This document shows, piece by piece, positions 38,852-52,075 of a stretch of 64,000 nucleotides of DNA. This DNA is from Bifidobacteriaceae bacterium (lineage in GTDB: Bacteria; Actinomycetota; Actinomycetes; Actinomycetales; WQXJ01): positions 8,607 to 72,606 of the forward strand of contig JAITJZ010000064.1 of assembly GCA_031278655.1 (NCBI GenBank). Direction: 5' to 3'. The stretch's first letter is position 1. Each line of letters starts with the position of its first letter. The notes under the pieces are model-generated. The model was not told the DNA's origin. It saw only the letters and a program-made list of their open reading frames with translations, and did not search any database. The position numbers and the translations under genes are program-made.

Positions 38852-39163
38852 TCAGCCGAAACGCTCGATCAACTGCTCCCTCTGATGCGGTCCGAGCCCG
38901 CGAATGCGCCGCGACTCGGAGATGCCGATTTCCGTCATGATGGCCTTGGCCTTGACCTTGCCCACGCCGGGCAGGGCCTCGAGCAGGGCCGCCACTTTGA
39001 TCTTGCCAATGATTTCGTCTTCCAGCCCAAGCGCCAAGACCTCGCTGAGCGAGCCCTCGGACGCCTTGAGCCGGTTCTTCACCTCAGCCCGCGCTTGGCG
39101 GGCTTCGGCCGCCTTCTTCAGGGCCTCGGCCCGCTGTTCTGGAGTCAGTGGAGGTAAAGCCAT
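38852..39163 (-). CDS. mihF: Actinobacterial integration host factor
   Basis: MALPPLTPEQRAEAL, KIKVAALLEALPGVGKVKA, ISESRRIRGLG. Confidence 0.95.
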   Translation of the reverse strand: MALPPLTPEQRAEALKKAAEARQARAEVKNRLKASEGSLSEVLALGLEDEIIGKIKVAALLEALPGVGKVKAKAIMTEIGISESRRIRGLGPHQREQLIERFG

Positions 39164-39241
39164 TCCTGTAATCCCCTTCGGTGCCGTCGTTCGACTTGGA
39201 CAGTCACAATCTAACGACTGACCAGGGATGATGCAACGGCT

Positions 39242-40101
39242 CTAGGACGCGATTCCAATAAACATCAAATTGGCGCCGGTTTCACGGACCGCCGCGGCCA
39301 GCCGCGCGGGGTCCGGGCCGGCCCCGGCGATGGCCCGCGAGGCGGTCGCCAGGACCAGGCCGCGGGCGGGGCCGAACAGCCGCGCCACATCCTCTTCGCG
39401 GCCGCCTTGGGCCCCCAGGCCGGGCACCAGAATAGGGCCTCCCACCTGCGCAATCATCTGGGCCGCAGCCGGCGGCAAAGAGCCGATGGTGGCGCCGATG
39501 ACGACCCCCAAATGACCCATCGGCGCCGCCCCGGCGTTGGCTTGGGCGACCGCTTGGATGACCGTTTCGCCCACCTGCAAGCCGCTGGCGGTGACCGCCC
39601 GCTGCACCAGGGCGCCTTCCGGATTCGACGTCAACGCCAAAACAAAAACTCCGCGCCCGGTCTCCCCCGCCAACTCCAAAGCCGGCCCCAGCGACCCGAA
39701 ACCGAGGTACGGGCTGAGGGTGACGGCATCGGCGGCCAGGGTCGAGGCGTCGGACAGATAGGCCTCGGCGTACCCGCGCATGGTCGAGCCGATGTCGCCG
39801 CGCTTGACGTCCAGCAGGCTCAGCATCCCGGCCTGCCGCGCGCTCGCCAGCACCTCCTCAAGGGCGGCGATGCCGCGCGAGCCGTGACGCTCGAACAGCC
39901 CCGACTGGGGTTTGACCGCCGCCGCGCCGCCGGCCTGGGCGGCTTCGATCAGTTGGCGGCCGAAGAAGGCCAGGTTCTCGGGCGTGTCCGCCAAACCCCA
40001 ATCGGCCAGCAGCGCCGGGTGCGGGTCGATCCCGACGCAGAGACGGCGCCCGGCCGCGAAGCAGGCGTGGAGGCGGGCGGCGAAGGCGTTCGGCGCCCCG
40101 C

Positions 40102-40105
<4 letters not shown>
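39242..40105 (-). CDS. pyrF: Orotidine-5'-phosphate decarboxylase
   Basis: [46 protein letters not shown]; GTGA overlap with carB stop. Confidence 0.95.
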
Positions 40106-43371
<3,266 letters not shown>

Positions 43372-43376
43372 CTGGG

Positions 43377-43411
43377 CCTCCTTTCCCGCCTCACAGGACG
43401 GGCCTTAAAGG
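43377..43411 (-). promoter_or_regulatory. PyrR-binding RNA element overlapping the carB Shine-Dalgarno; -10 TAGGCT at 43432-43427
   Basis: Minus strand CCTTT-AAGG-CCCGTC-CTGTGA-GGCGGG-AAAGG-AGG: lower stem, purine bulge, upper stem with CNGNGA hexaloop; the SD AAAGGAGG forms the 3' lower stem. Confidence 0.8.
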
Positions 43412-43484
43412 AATCTTCTGCCGTCAAGCCTAGCGCCGCCGCCGGCGCCCAGCGGCCTGGAGGGCCCCGCCGGGCGCAAGAGGT

Positions 43485-43815
43485 TTCCCGCCGGGCCAAG
43501 GCGACGCCCAGGGCGCCTTCTGTGAGCGTCGTGAAATCGGGGCTGGGCAGGCCGGGGCTTGATCGGCTTGCGACCCAGGCCAAAATCGGATCAACCAAGT
43601 AAAGCTTGTACTGCGCGCCAGCCACCAGGCGGCCCGAATCATCCCGCTGGTGGCAGCGGAGCGCGGCGTAGGAATTCGACCTCCCGCAGCGCCGCTTGAG
43701 CGGCCGGGCCTTGTATGTCTGCGGGGCAGGGCGGCAACCGCGGCAGGTCGGGGCGCGTCGCCACGAGGTAGTCCCCAAAGCTCATCGGCAAGAGCTGCCT
43801 GATGCGGCGCAGGCC
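43485..43815 (-). pseudogene. Remnant of an AAA_14/DUF4143-type ATP-binding protein gene
   Basis: Two out-of-frame fragments: RQLLPMSFGDYLVATRPDLP and AQYKLYLVDPILAW...PDFTTLTEGALGVALAR; no start, Walker motifs or intact middle. Confidence 0.55.
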
Positions 43816-43922
43816 CGGTGACACTGCGGGCGGCGGCCGCAGACACCAGGCCACAAGGCAGACGCACAGCCGCCCGGCGCGCGACGGAAGCCGGTGACAG
43901 AGGCGCGGCCTAGACTTGGGCC

Positions 43923-46900
43923 ATGGCGACGACACCCCAGCCGTCCAGTTGGTTGACCGCGTGGGACAGGTGCCCCCACTGCGGGGCTGTCCTGACCTCT
44001 GGACGCTGCGCCGCCTGCGGCTTGGTGCTGAGCGGCGCGAACGGCGCCCGGCTGGCCGAGTTGTCGGTGGCGGCCTCGGCCGCCATGCGCGCCGGCTCAT
44101 CCACCGCCAGGCTCTTGATGGCCGAACGCTCGCGCCTCGTCAACCAGTTGCTGTTGCAATCCCCGGGCCCGCAGCCGCCCGCAGAGGGCCGGCCAACGCC
44201 GGAACAACCAGCGCCCACGGGGCCATACCCGGTCCAGCAGCCGCCCCCAGGTCCCCAGCCCGGGCCGGGTCGGCCGTGGCCGCCAGGGCCGGGGCCGGTC
44301 CAGCAACCGCCACCAGGTCCCCAGCCCGGGCCGGGTCGGCCGTGGCAGCCAGGCCCACAGGCGGCGCCAGGTCACCCTTGGGCGCCAGGCCCATACCCGG
44401 GCCAGCACTGGTTGCCGCCAGGGCCATACCCGGGCCAGCAGTGGCAGCCATACCGGCCCGTCCCCAAACCGCCTTCGCAGTGGACGCCGACAACAGCCTT
44501 GGCGCTGGTCGGCGCCCTGCTGATGGCCTCAGCCGGGATCGGGTTCGCCTTCTTGATCCCAGACCTCGGTTCGACCTCGCGCCTGGTCGCCCTCGCCCTG
44601 GGCGCCCTGGCCGCCGGCGGCGGCGCGCTGTTCCTGAAACGGCGCCGGCTGACCGCGACCGGCGAGGCATTGGCCGCCGTGGCGGCCGCGCTGGCGTTGT
44701 TGACCTGGGCCATCGCCGTCGACGAAGTCCAACTTCAGCCAACCCGAGCCGTCGCCAGCGCCACCAGCCTGTTCCTCCTCGGCGCCCTGATTCACCTGGC
44801 CGGGAGGCTCGGCCCGAGGATATGGCGAGCGGCCGGCCTGCTCATCGCCCCATTCTCGGCCCTGTTCCTGCCGCAGATGATCTCTGCGGAACAGTTCCCG
44901 CCGGCGGACGGCGGCGACGTCTGGACGGGCCTCTCCTGGGTTGGTTTCGCCTTGATCGCGGCGATCGGCCGCAAGGTCGAGTCCGCCCGGGCCGAGCGAG
45001 TCATCCTGGAGGTTGTCAGCGCCTGCGCCGGCATGGTCGCCGTCCTGGTGGCGGTCAGCGCCTGGACCACACCCGGCGCCCCGTTCATTTGGTTGACCCT
45101 GGCGGTCCTGGCGGTGGCGCTGGCCACGGCGGGTGTCCCCCGCTGGGCGGTCAAGAGCCCCGGCGCGCTGGCATCGGCGCCGCCGCCCATGTCAGCGCCG
45201 CCCATGTCAGCGCCGCCCGCGTCAGCGCAGCCCGCGCCGTCCGCCGGTGCCGCGCCGTCCGCCGGTGCCGCGCTGCCCGCCGGTGCCGCGCCGCCCGCCG
45301 ATGCCGCGCCGCCCGGTTCCGCTCGCGGCGCCGGCCAGCCGGACAGTCAGGTTGGGAGCGCCTGGGTCAGGGTCCGGCACGAGTTCGATCATCGCGCCGC
45401 CTGGCTGCCGCTGGCCGGCGCCGCCTTGGTGGTGGCCGGGGCCAACGCGGTCTATCTGTCGGCTGACAGCCCGCACGCCCAGCCCCTCGAAGCCTGGTCG
45501 CTCGGATTGTTCGGCGCTTTGGCCGTCTGGGCGCTGATAGCGGGCGCGGCCGCCATCGCGGGCCGGCTGGCCCCGACCGGCCGGTCCCCTCAGGGGGCAG
45601 CCCGGCCAAAGCAGTTCTCCGTGGCCGGTCTGTTCGCGCTCGGGGCGCTGATCGGCCTGCTGGTCCTGTCCATTCCCACGCTGACGCTCCGAACCATGGA
45701 AGTGCTGGCCGGCGCGACCATCGGGGAGCAGCCGATGCCCGCCGCTCAGCCGCTGGCCTGGATTGTTCCAGCGGCAGGCCTGGCGCTGACCGCGCTGGTG
45801 CCCCGGCCGACCGCGATTCGCGCCGCCGGGCGTTCGTTGGCGGCGCCGCTCGCCGCCGCCTGCGTGGTCGGCTGGGCCGGCCTCGCCGAGGTGCCCGCGC
45901 CAGTCCGGCTGGCCATCTTGGCGCTGGTGTCCTTGGCGTTCAGCGCCGCCGCTTGCGGCGCCGTGCTCGCCCCCGGCCGCCGCCCGCGCTTCAGTCGGAC
46001 GGTGGCGCTGATCGGCCCGGTCGGCGCCTTGATGCTGGCTCTGCCGATATCTTTGTACGCCGCCCAGCAACCGGCTCTGACGGCGGCGGCGGCCTTCGCC
46101 GTCCCGGCGCTGATCATGGTGGTCGGCCTGTCGCTGCGGCCGATCGCCTGGCCGTTCCTGACCGCCGCCGCGGCGGTGCCCGCCACCGTCCTCGGAATCC
46201 TCGCCCTCGGCCACTACTGGCCGGGCGTCGACGGCGGGCATGTGGCGGCGGTTGTGGCGGCGCTGCTGGTCGCGGCGCTGACCCTGGCCCGGCGCCCGGC
46301 CTTGGCCAGTTGGGCGGTGCTGGTGGGGATCGCGACGGCTTTCTTCGCCGCAGTCGCCCTCGACCTGCTGTTCGAACGCACCTGGAGCGGCGCCGCCGGA
46401 GCCGGCGCCATGACGGTCCTGGCGTTGGCGGCGGCGCTGGTGCGCCGCCGCCAGTTGCCCCTCGGCCTCAAGCTGATGGCGGCGGCGGTCGGCGTCGCCG
46501 CCTCGGCGCTGACCTTGGTGGCGGTGCTCGCCCTGGTCACGCCCGGCTCAGGGTCGATTTGGCTGTTCCCGCTGGTGGCCGTCGAGGCGGCGGCCGCCGC
46601 CGCCGGCGGCCTGTGGTTGCGCCAAGCGCCCGCCGGGTCTGCGCGCGACCGGGTTCGCTCGGCGGTCGGGACCACCCTGATAGTCAGCGGCGCGGCTTTG
46701 GGCCTGGCGGCCGTTGGCCTGGCGGTGATCTGGCCGGTGACCGGGGCCACCACCGTCTTGGCCGCCGCCGCCATCCTGGCGGCGGCCTCGGCCGGAGTCG
46801 CCAGCGTCCGGGGCGGCTCGGAGCATGCCTGGTGGTACACCGGCGTGATGACCTGCGTGGTCCTGTGGAGCGCCCTGGTCTGGGGAGGCATCGGCTTGAT

Positions 46901-48167
46901 CGAGGCCTACACCCTGCCGCCGGCGCTGGCGGCGGCGGGGATCGGCGGCTGGCTGGCCCGGCGCCGGCCAGCCATGCTGGCCCTGGCCACGCCCGGCGCC
47001 TGGCTGGCGGTGGCGCCCAGCCTGCTGGCGCAACTGCTCGGCGACGACCCAATCCTGCGGGCCATCGAACTGGTGGCGCTCGGCGTCATCGCCCTCAGCT
47101 TGGCGGCGGTCTTCGGCCATCTCCGCCGCGCCTTCGCGCCGGTGGCGCTGGGGCCCGCCGCCGGGCTGGCGTCACTGGCCTTGGCGGTTGGCGCTCTGCC
47201 GCCCTTCCCGAGGGGCTTCGAGGCGCTCCGGCCCATGGCCACCTACCCCACGGCGCTGTTCGCCCTGGCCGCGGTCATAGGCGTGATCGCTGCCGCCGGG
47301 CTGGTGGCCGTGGGCCAACTCCTTTCCAGCCGCGACGCCGGGCGGCGCTGGTGGCTGCTTGGCGCCCTGATCCTGGCCGCCTTGACACCCGTCAGTTCGA
47401 TGAGGTTCACGTGGCCGGTCGTGGTGACAATGTGGGTGGCCATGGCCGCCTGTCTGGCGCTGGTGATCGTGGCCGCGCGCCAGCAGAGCCGGGGCCGCGC
47501 CGCCCTGCCGCCGTTCTGGGCCATCTGGTTCGTGGCGGTGGCGCTGGGCATCGCCGGCTGGTCGACCCGCGAGCTGCGGGTCGAGGTCTTCGCCGTGCCG
47601 CTGGGGCTGAGCCTGTTCGCGGCCGGATGGCTGGCGCGGCGCTGGCTCGGCGGCCCGGCCTGGTCCGTGGCGCCGGGGGTGGCGGCCACCCTCGTGCCGT
47701 CCACCCTGGCGGTCGGCACCGACCCGCTGACCTGGCGCCCCATCATGGTGCTGGTCCTGGCGCTGGGCTTCATGGCCATGGGCGCGCTGCGGGCCTGGCG
47801 GCCGCCGACCTTTGTCGCGGCCGTCTCGATCGTGATAACGGTCTTCGAGGTCTTCGCCCGCCCGGGTGGCATCAAGGCTGTGCCGTGGCTGCTGGCCCTG
47901 CTGGCCGCTGGCGGTTGCCTGTTGACCCTGGCCGTCTTCTTCGAATTGCGCGCCCGGCGCAACAGCCTCAAGGCCGCACCCGCGTCCGCGCCGCCGGCGG
48001 GCAAGACCCTGCCACCGGGGCCTCCAGCCGGCCCGCCGCCGCCGCTGAGCGCGCCCCCGGCGGAACAGGCGCCACCCACGCCCGGCCAGACCGCAGATCA
48101 AGTCCCGCCCGCGCCGCGGCCCCCGGCCGGTCAGACCCCGTCGGCCGGCCTCGGCGCGTCGCCCTGA
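43923..48167 (+). CDS. Very large polytopic membrane protein (SCO7613/DUF2157-like) with N-terminal zinc ribbon and Pro/Gln repeats
   Basis: CPHC-x7-CAAC, P/Q/G repeats, dozens of hydrophobic helices, IEAYTLP and VEVFAVP blocks; TAGACT 6 nt before ATG. Confidence 0.75.
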   Translation: MATTPQPSSWLTAWDRCPHCGAVLTSGRCAACGLVLSGANGARLAELSVAASAAMRAGSSTARLLMAERSRLVNQLLLQSPGPQPPAEGRPTPEQPAPTGPYPVQQPPPGPQPGPGRPWPPGPGPVQQPPPGPQPGPGRPWQPGPQAAPGHPWAPGPYPGQHWLPPGPYPGQQWQPYRPVPKPPSQWTPTTALALVGALLMASAGIGFAFLIPDLGSTSRLVALALGALAAGGGALFLKRRRLTATGEALAAVAAALALLTWAIAVDEVQLQPTRAVASATSLFLLGALIHLAGRLGPRIWRAAGLLIAPFSALFLPQMISAEQFPPADGGDVWTGLSWVGFALIAAIGRKVESARAERVILEVVSACAGMVAVLVAVSAWTTPGAPFIWLTLAVLAVALATAGVPRWAVKSPGALASAPPPMSAPPMSAPPASAQPAPSAGAAPSAGAALPAGAAPPADAAPPGSARGAGQPDSQVGSAWVRVRHEFDHRAAWLPLAGAALVVAGANAVYLSADSPHAQPLEAWSLGLFGALAVWALIAGAAAIAGRLAPTGRSPQGAARPKQFSVAGLFALGALIGLLVLSIPTLTLRTMEVLAGATIGEQPMPAAQPLAWIVPAAGLALTALVPRPTAIRAAGRSLAAPLAAACVVGWAGLAEVPAPVRLAILALVSLAFSAAACGAVLAPGRRPRFSRTVALIGPVGALMLALPISLYAAQQPALTAAAAFAVPALIMVVGLSLRPIAWPFLTAAAAVPATVLGILALGHYWPGVDGGHVAAVVAALLVAALTLARRPALASWAVLVGIATAFFAAVALDLLFERTWSGAAGAGAMTVLALAAALVRRRQLPLGLKLMAAAVGVAASALTLVAVLALVTPGSGSIWLFPLVAVEAAAAAAGGLWLRQAPAGSARDRVRSAVGTTLIVSGAALGLAAVGLAVIWPVTGATTVLAAAAILAAASAGVASVRGGSEHAWWYTGVMTCVVLWSALVWGGIGLIEAYTLPPALAAAGIGGWLARRRPAMLALATPGAWLAVAPSLLAQLLGDDPILRAIELVALGVIALSLAAVFGHLRRAFAPVALGPAAGLASLALAVGALPPFPRGFEALRPMATYPTALFALAAVIGVIAAAGLVAVGQLLSSRDAGRRWWLLGALILAALTPVSSMRFTWPVVVTMWVAMAACLALVIVAARQQSRGRAALPPFWAIWFVAVALGIAGWSTRELRVEVFAVPLGLSLFAAGWLARRWLGGPAWSVAPGVAATLVPSTLAVGTDPLTWRPIMVLVLALGFMAMGALRAWRPPTFVAAVSIVITVFEVFARPGGIKAVPWLLALLAAGGCLLTLAVFFELRARRNSLKAAPASAPPAGKTLPPGPPAGPPPPLSAPPAEQAPPTPGQTADQVPPAPRPPAGQTPSAGLGASP

Positions 48168-50275
48168 CCAGCCCCGTCCGGGATGATCGGGGCGCTGGGC
48201 GCCTCGTCCACGTCATCGGACAAGTCGGCGCCGGCGAACTGGGACTGGTACAACCGCCAATAGGCGCCCTTGGCGGCCAACAGCTCCTCATGGTCGCCCT
48301 TCTCAACCACCGACCCGTGCTCCATGACGACGATCACATCGGCGTCGCGGATGGTCGAGAGCCGATGCGCGATCACGAAAGAGGTCCGGCCCCGGCGGAG
48401 CTTGTTCATCGCCTGCTGAACCAGGACCTCCGTGCGGGTGTCGACCGATGACGTGGCCTCGTCCAGGATCAGGATCGCCGGATCGGCCAAGAAGGCCCGG
48501 GCGATGGTCAGCAACTGCCTCTCGCCGGCCGAGATGTTGGCGGCGTCCTCCTCGATCATGGTCTGATAGCCGTCCGGCAGCGCGTGCACGAACCTGTCCA
48601 CATAGGTCGCGCGGGCGGCGGCGAGGATCTCCGCCTCGGTGGCGTCAAGGCGGCCGTAGCGGATGTTGTCGTAGATGGTGCCGGAGAACAACCAGGTGTC
48701 CTGCAACACCATCCCCATCTTCGAACGCAAGTGTTCCCTGGTCAGGTCGCGGATGTCGACGCCGTCAAGGGTGATGGCGCCGCCCTCGATCTCGTAGAAG
48801 CGCTCGAGCAGATTCACCAGCGTCGTCTTGCCAGCGCCAGTCGGCCCCACAATGGCCACGGTCTGACCGGGTTTGGCCCACAACCGCAGGTTCTCGATCA
48901 AAGGTTGGTCCGGGTCGTAGGCGAACTTGACCCGGTCGAAATCGACCCGGCCGGTGAAGTCGTCGAGGCGCTTCGGCTCGGCGGCGTCCGGCGGCAATTC
49001 CTCGGCGTCCAACAACTCGAAGACGCGCTCGACCGAGGCCACCCCCGACTGCAACAGATTCATCATCGAGGCGATCTGCCCGACCGGCTGGCTGAACTGC
49101 CGCGAGTACTGGATGAACGCCTGCACGTCGCCCAGCGACATGGTCCCGGACGCCACCCGCAGCCCGCCCAACACAGCGATGACCACGTAGACCAGATTCG
49201 ACACGAAACCCATGACCGGCTGGATCGCCATGGAGATGGCCTGAGCCTTGAAAGAGGCCTCATACAACTCGGCGTTGCGGGCGCGCAACTCGGCGCGGGC
49301 CTGGGCCTGGCGGCCGAACAGTTTGACGACGGCGTGCCCGGTGTACATCTCCTCGATGTGGGTGTTCAACTCCCCGGTCGACGCCCACTGTTTGACGAAC
49401 TGCGGCTGCGCCCGCTTGGCGATGAGCGCGGTCACGACCGCCGCCAGCGGGATCGACGCCACGGCCACCAAGGTCAGCCAGCCGGAAATCGTCAGCATCA
49501 TGACCAAGATGCCCACCAGCGAGAAGACGGCGAACAGCAGCTGGGTCATGGTCTGTTGGAGGGTCTGACCAACGTTGTCGATGTCGTTCGTCACCCTTGA
49601 CAACACCTCGCCCTTGGGCTGGCCGTCGAAGTACTTCAGCGGCAGGCGGCCGAGTTTGACCTCGACATCGCGGCGCAGCCGGTACATCGAGTTCTGGATG
49701 ATCTGCGCGGTGATGATCCCCTGGACGTAGCCCAGCAGGGCGGAACCCAGATAGATCGCCAGCACGCCTGTCAAGATCAAGCCCACGGCGCCGAAGTCGA
49801 CGCCGACCCCGGCCGTGAAATCCATCGCCCCGAGCATGTCCGCCATGCTGGCGTTGACCTCATCGCCGCCGCTTTGCGGCTGGCTTGCCATGGCCTCCAG
49901 CAGCTTCATGACCTGGGCTTTCGGCATGGTCTCGCCCGGTCGCAGAAGACCGGCCTCAACCAGCCGCTGGCCGATCAGCTTGCCCATGAAACCCTCAAAG
50001 ACACGGTTGGTGGCCTGGCCCAGGATCTTCGGCCCGATCACGCTCAAGGCCACCGACGCCACCGTCAGGATCATGGCCCCGGCGATCTTGGCCCGCTCCG
50101 GGGCCAGCAGCCGCAGGAATCGCAGCCCCGACTCGCGGAAATGCAGCGCCTTGGCGCCTGGCAGCGGCGGCCCGCCGGGGCCGAAGCGCGGTCCGGCCGC
50201 CGCCCGCCCCCTGGCGACCGCCTGGCTGTTCTTGGGCGCGCCCCCGGCGCCAGCGCGCTTGCCGCCCCGGCTCAT
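48131..50275 (-). CDS. Heterodimeric ABC exporter subunit 2 (TMD-NBD, consensus Walker B)
   Basis: GPTGAGKT, ISAGERQ, LILDEATS, IAHRLST; ATGA overlap with partner. Confidence 0.92.
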   Translation of the reverse strand: MSRGGKRAGAGGAPKNSQAVARGRAAAGPRFGPGGPPLPGAKALHFRESGLRFLRLLAPERAKIAGAMILTVASVALSVIGPKILGQATNRVFEGFMGKLIGQRLVEAGLLRPGETMPKAQVMKLLEAMASQPQSGGDEVNASMADMLGAMDFTAGVGVDFGAVGLILTGVLAIYLGSALLGYVQGIITAQIIQNSMYRLRRDVEVKLGRLPLKYFDGQPKGEVLSRVTNDIDNVGQTLQQTMTQLLFAVFSLVGILVMMLTISGWLTLVAVASIPLAAVVTALIAKRAQPQFVKQWASTGELNTHIEEMYTGHAVVKLFGRQAQARAELRARNAELYEASFKAQAISMAIQPVMGFVSNLVYVVIAVLGGLRVASGTMSLGDVQAFIQYSRQFSQPVGQIASMMNLLQSGVASVERVFELLDAEELPPDAAEPKRLDDFTGRVDFDRVKFAYDPDQPLIENLRLWAKPGQTVAIVGPTGAGKTTLVNLLERFYEIEGGAITLDGVDIRDLTREHLRSKMGMVLQDTWLFSGTIYDNIRYGRLDATEAEILAAARATYVDRFVHALPDGYQTMIEEDAANISAGERQLLTIARAFLADPAILILDEATSSVDTRTEVLVQQAMNKLRRGRTSFVIAHRLSTIRDADVIVVMEHGSVVEKGDHEELLAAKGAYWRLYQSQFAGADLSDDVDEAPSAPIIPDGAGQGDAPRPADGV

Positions 50276-52005
50276 GCCGCCTCCTCCAGGCTCATCTGCG
50301 AGGCCACGATCTCCCTGTAGGTGGGACAATCCTCAAGCAGTTGGCCGTGGCGCCCGCGCCCCACCACCCGGCCGCCGTCGAGGACCAGAATCTGATCGGC
50401 CTCCATGATGGTGCTGACCCGCTGCGCCACCGCCACCACCGTCGCCTCGCGGGTGACGGGCCGCAAGGCCGCCCGCAGCCGCGCGTCGGTGGCCAGGTCC
50501 AAAGCCGAGAAGGCGTCATCGAAAACATAGATGGAGGGCCGGCGGATGACGGCCCGCGCGATCGACAGCCGTTGACGCTGACCCCCGGACAGGTTGGTCC
50601 CGCCCTGGACGATCGCCGAGTCCAGGCCGTCCTCAAGGCGGCGCACAAAGCCGGCCGCCTGGGCGATCTCAAGGGCTTCCCACATCTCCGCGTCGGAGGC
50701 GTCCGGCCGCCCGTAGGCCAAGTTGGAGCGCACCGTCCCGGAGAACAGGTAGGCCTGTTGGGGCACGAAGCCGATGGCGCCCCACAAGGTGTCCAGGTCC
50801 AGGTCCCTGACATCGACGCCCCCGACCTCGACCCGCCCGGAAGTGGCGTCGAACAGCCTTGGGATCAGGTTGACCAGGCTGGTCTTGCCCACGCCGGTGG
50901 CCCCGATGATGGCTGTGACCTGGCCAGGCCCGGCCTCGAAGCTGATCTCATGGAGCACCGGCGCCTCGGCGCCCTGGTAGCGGAAGGAGGCCGCGTCCAA
51001 GCGCAGCCGGCCCGGAGCGGTGAAGCGCCGAACCGGCTCGGCCGGTTCGGCGACGGTGATCCGGCAGCGCAAGACCTCTTGAATCCGCTCGGCGCAGGCC
51101 TGCGCCCGGGGCACGAAGAAGAACATCATCGACGCCATCATGACGCTCATCAGGATCAGCATCAGGTAGGTGATGAACGCGGTCAACCCGCCCACCTCCA
51201 TGGCGCCGGACTCGACGCGGTGCCCGCCGAACCAGATCACCGCCACCGATGTGGCGTTCATCAACAGCATGACGAACGGGAACATCAGCGCGAAGGCGTA
51301 GCCGACGGACAGCTGCAATCTCGTCAGGTCGCGGTTGACCTTGTCGAAGCGCTCCTCCTCATAAGGCTGGCGGACGAACGCGCGGATCACGCGCAGGCCG
51401 TCGATCTGCTCCCGCAGCACCTTGTTGACCGCGTCAATGGCCGTTTGCATCGCCCGGAACAGCGGACTCATGCGCCGCAGCAGCAACGCCAAGAACACGA
51501 TCACGACCGGCAGGATGACCAGGATCAGCGACGAGAGGACGCGATCGTGGCGCAGCGCCATGGCCCCGCCGCCGATCATCATCAGCGGCGCCGCGATCAG
51601 GAACGCCAGCGTCATCAGCACCAGCATTTGGACCTGTTGGACGTCGTTGGTGGTGCGGGTGATGAGCGAGGGCGGGCCGAAGCGGGCCAACTCCCGCGCC
51701 GAGAAGTCCATCACCTTGTCGAACAGCGCCTGGCGCAGGTCCCGGCCCAGCCGCATGGCGGTGCGCGCGCCCAGGAACACGGCCACGACCACGGCCGCCA
51801 CCTGCCCCAAAGACACCGCCAGCATCCAGCCGCCCGTCGCCACGATGTAATCGGTGTCGCCCCTGGCGACGCCATCGTCGATGATGTCGGCGTTCAGCGA
51901 CGGCAGGTAGAGGTTGGCCGCCGCCTGGGCCATTTGCAGGACCACAACCACGGCGATGGCGCCGCGATAGGGCCTGAGATAGGCGCGAAGCAAGCTCGTC
52001 AGCAT
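50272..52005 (-). CDS. Heterodimeric ABC exporter subunit 1 (TMD-NBD, degenerate Walker B)
   Basis: GATGVGKT, LSGGQRQR, YVFDDAFSALD, VAQRVST; AAAGGAG RBS. Confidence 0.92.
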   Translation of the reverse strand: MLTSLLRAYLRPYRGAIAVVVVLQMAQAAANLYLPSLNADIIDDGVARGDTDYIVATGGWMLAVSLGQVAAVVVAVFLGARTAMRLGRDLRQALFDKVMDFSARELARFGPPSLITRTTNDVQQVQMLVLMTLAFLIAAPLMMIGGGAMALRHDRVLSSLILVILPVVIVFLALLLRRMSPLFRAMQTAIDAVNKVLREQIDGLRVIRAFVRQPYEEERFDKVNRDLTRLQLSVGYAFALMFPFVMLLMNATSVAVIWFGGHRVESGAMEVGGLTAFITYLMLILMSVMMASMMFFFVPRAQACAERIQEVLRCRITVAEPAEPVRRFTAPGRLRLDAASFRYQGAEAPVLHEISFEAGPGQVTAIIGATGVGKTSLVNLIPRLFDATSGRVEVGGVDVRDLDLDTLWGAIGFVPQQAYLFSGTVRSNLAYGRPDASDAEMWEALEIAQAAGFVRRLEDGLDSAIVQGGTNLSGGQRQRLSIARAVIRRPSIYVFDDAFSALDLATDARLRAALRPVTREATVVAVAQRVSTIMEADQILVLDGGRVVGRGRHGQLLEDCPTYREIVASQMSLEEAA

Positions 52006-52016
52006 AGTTCTCCTTT

Positions 52017-52070
52017 GGGCGGCCGACGCCGCCCCAACTGTCCACGCGCCGCGCTCGTCCGGCGCGGCGC
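52017..52070. terminator. Two GC-rich hairpins between the SPFH gene and the ABC exporter
   Basis: gggcggc-cgac-gccgccc (52017-34) and gcgccgcgc-tcgtccg-gcgcggcgc (52046-70). Confidence 0.45.
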
Positions 52071-52075
52071 CGATC

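Noticed and set aside
48131-52005. Degenerate Walker B (FDD) in one ABC subunit as a sign of pseudogenisation
   Set aside because: One degenerate and one consensus site is the normal design of heterodimeric ABC exporters
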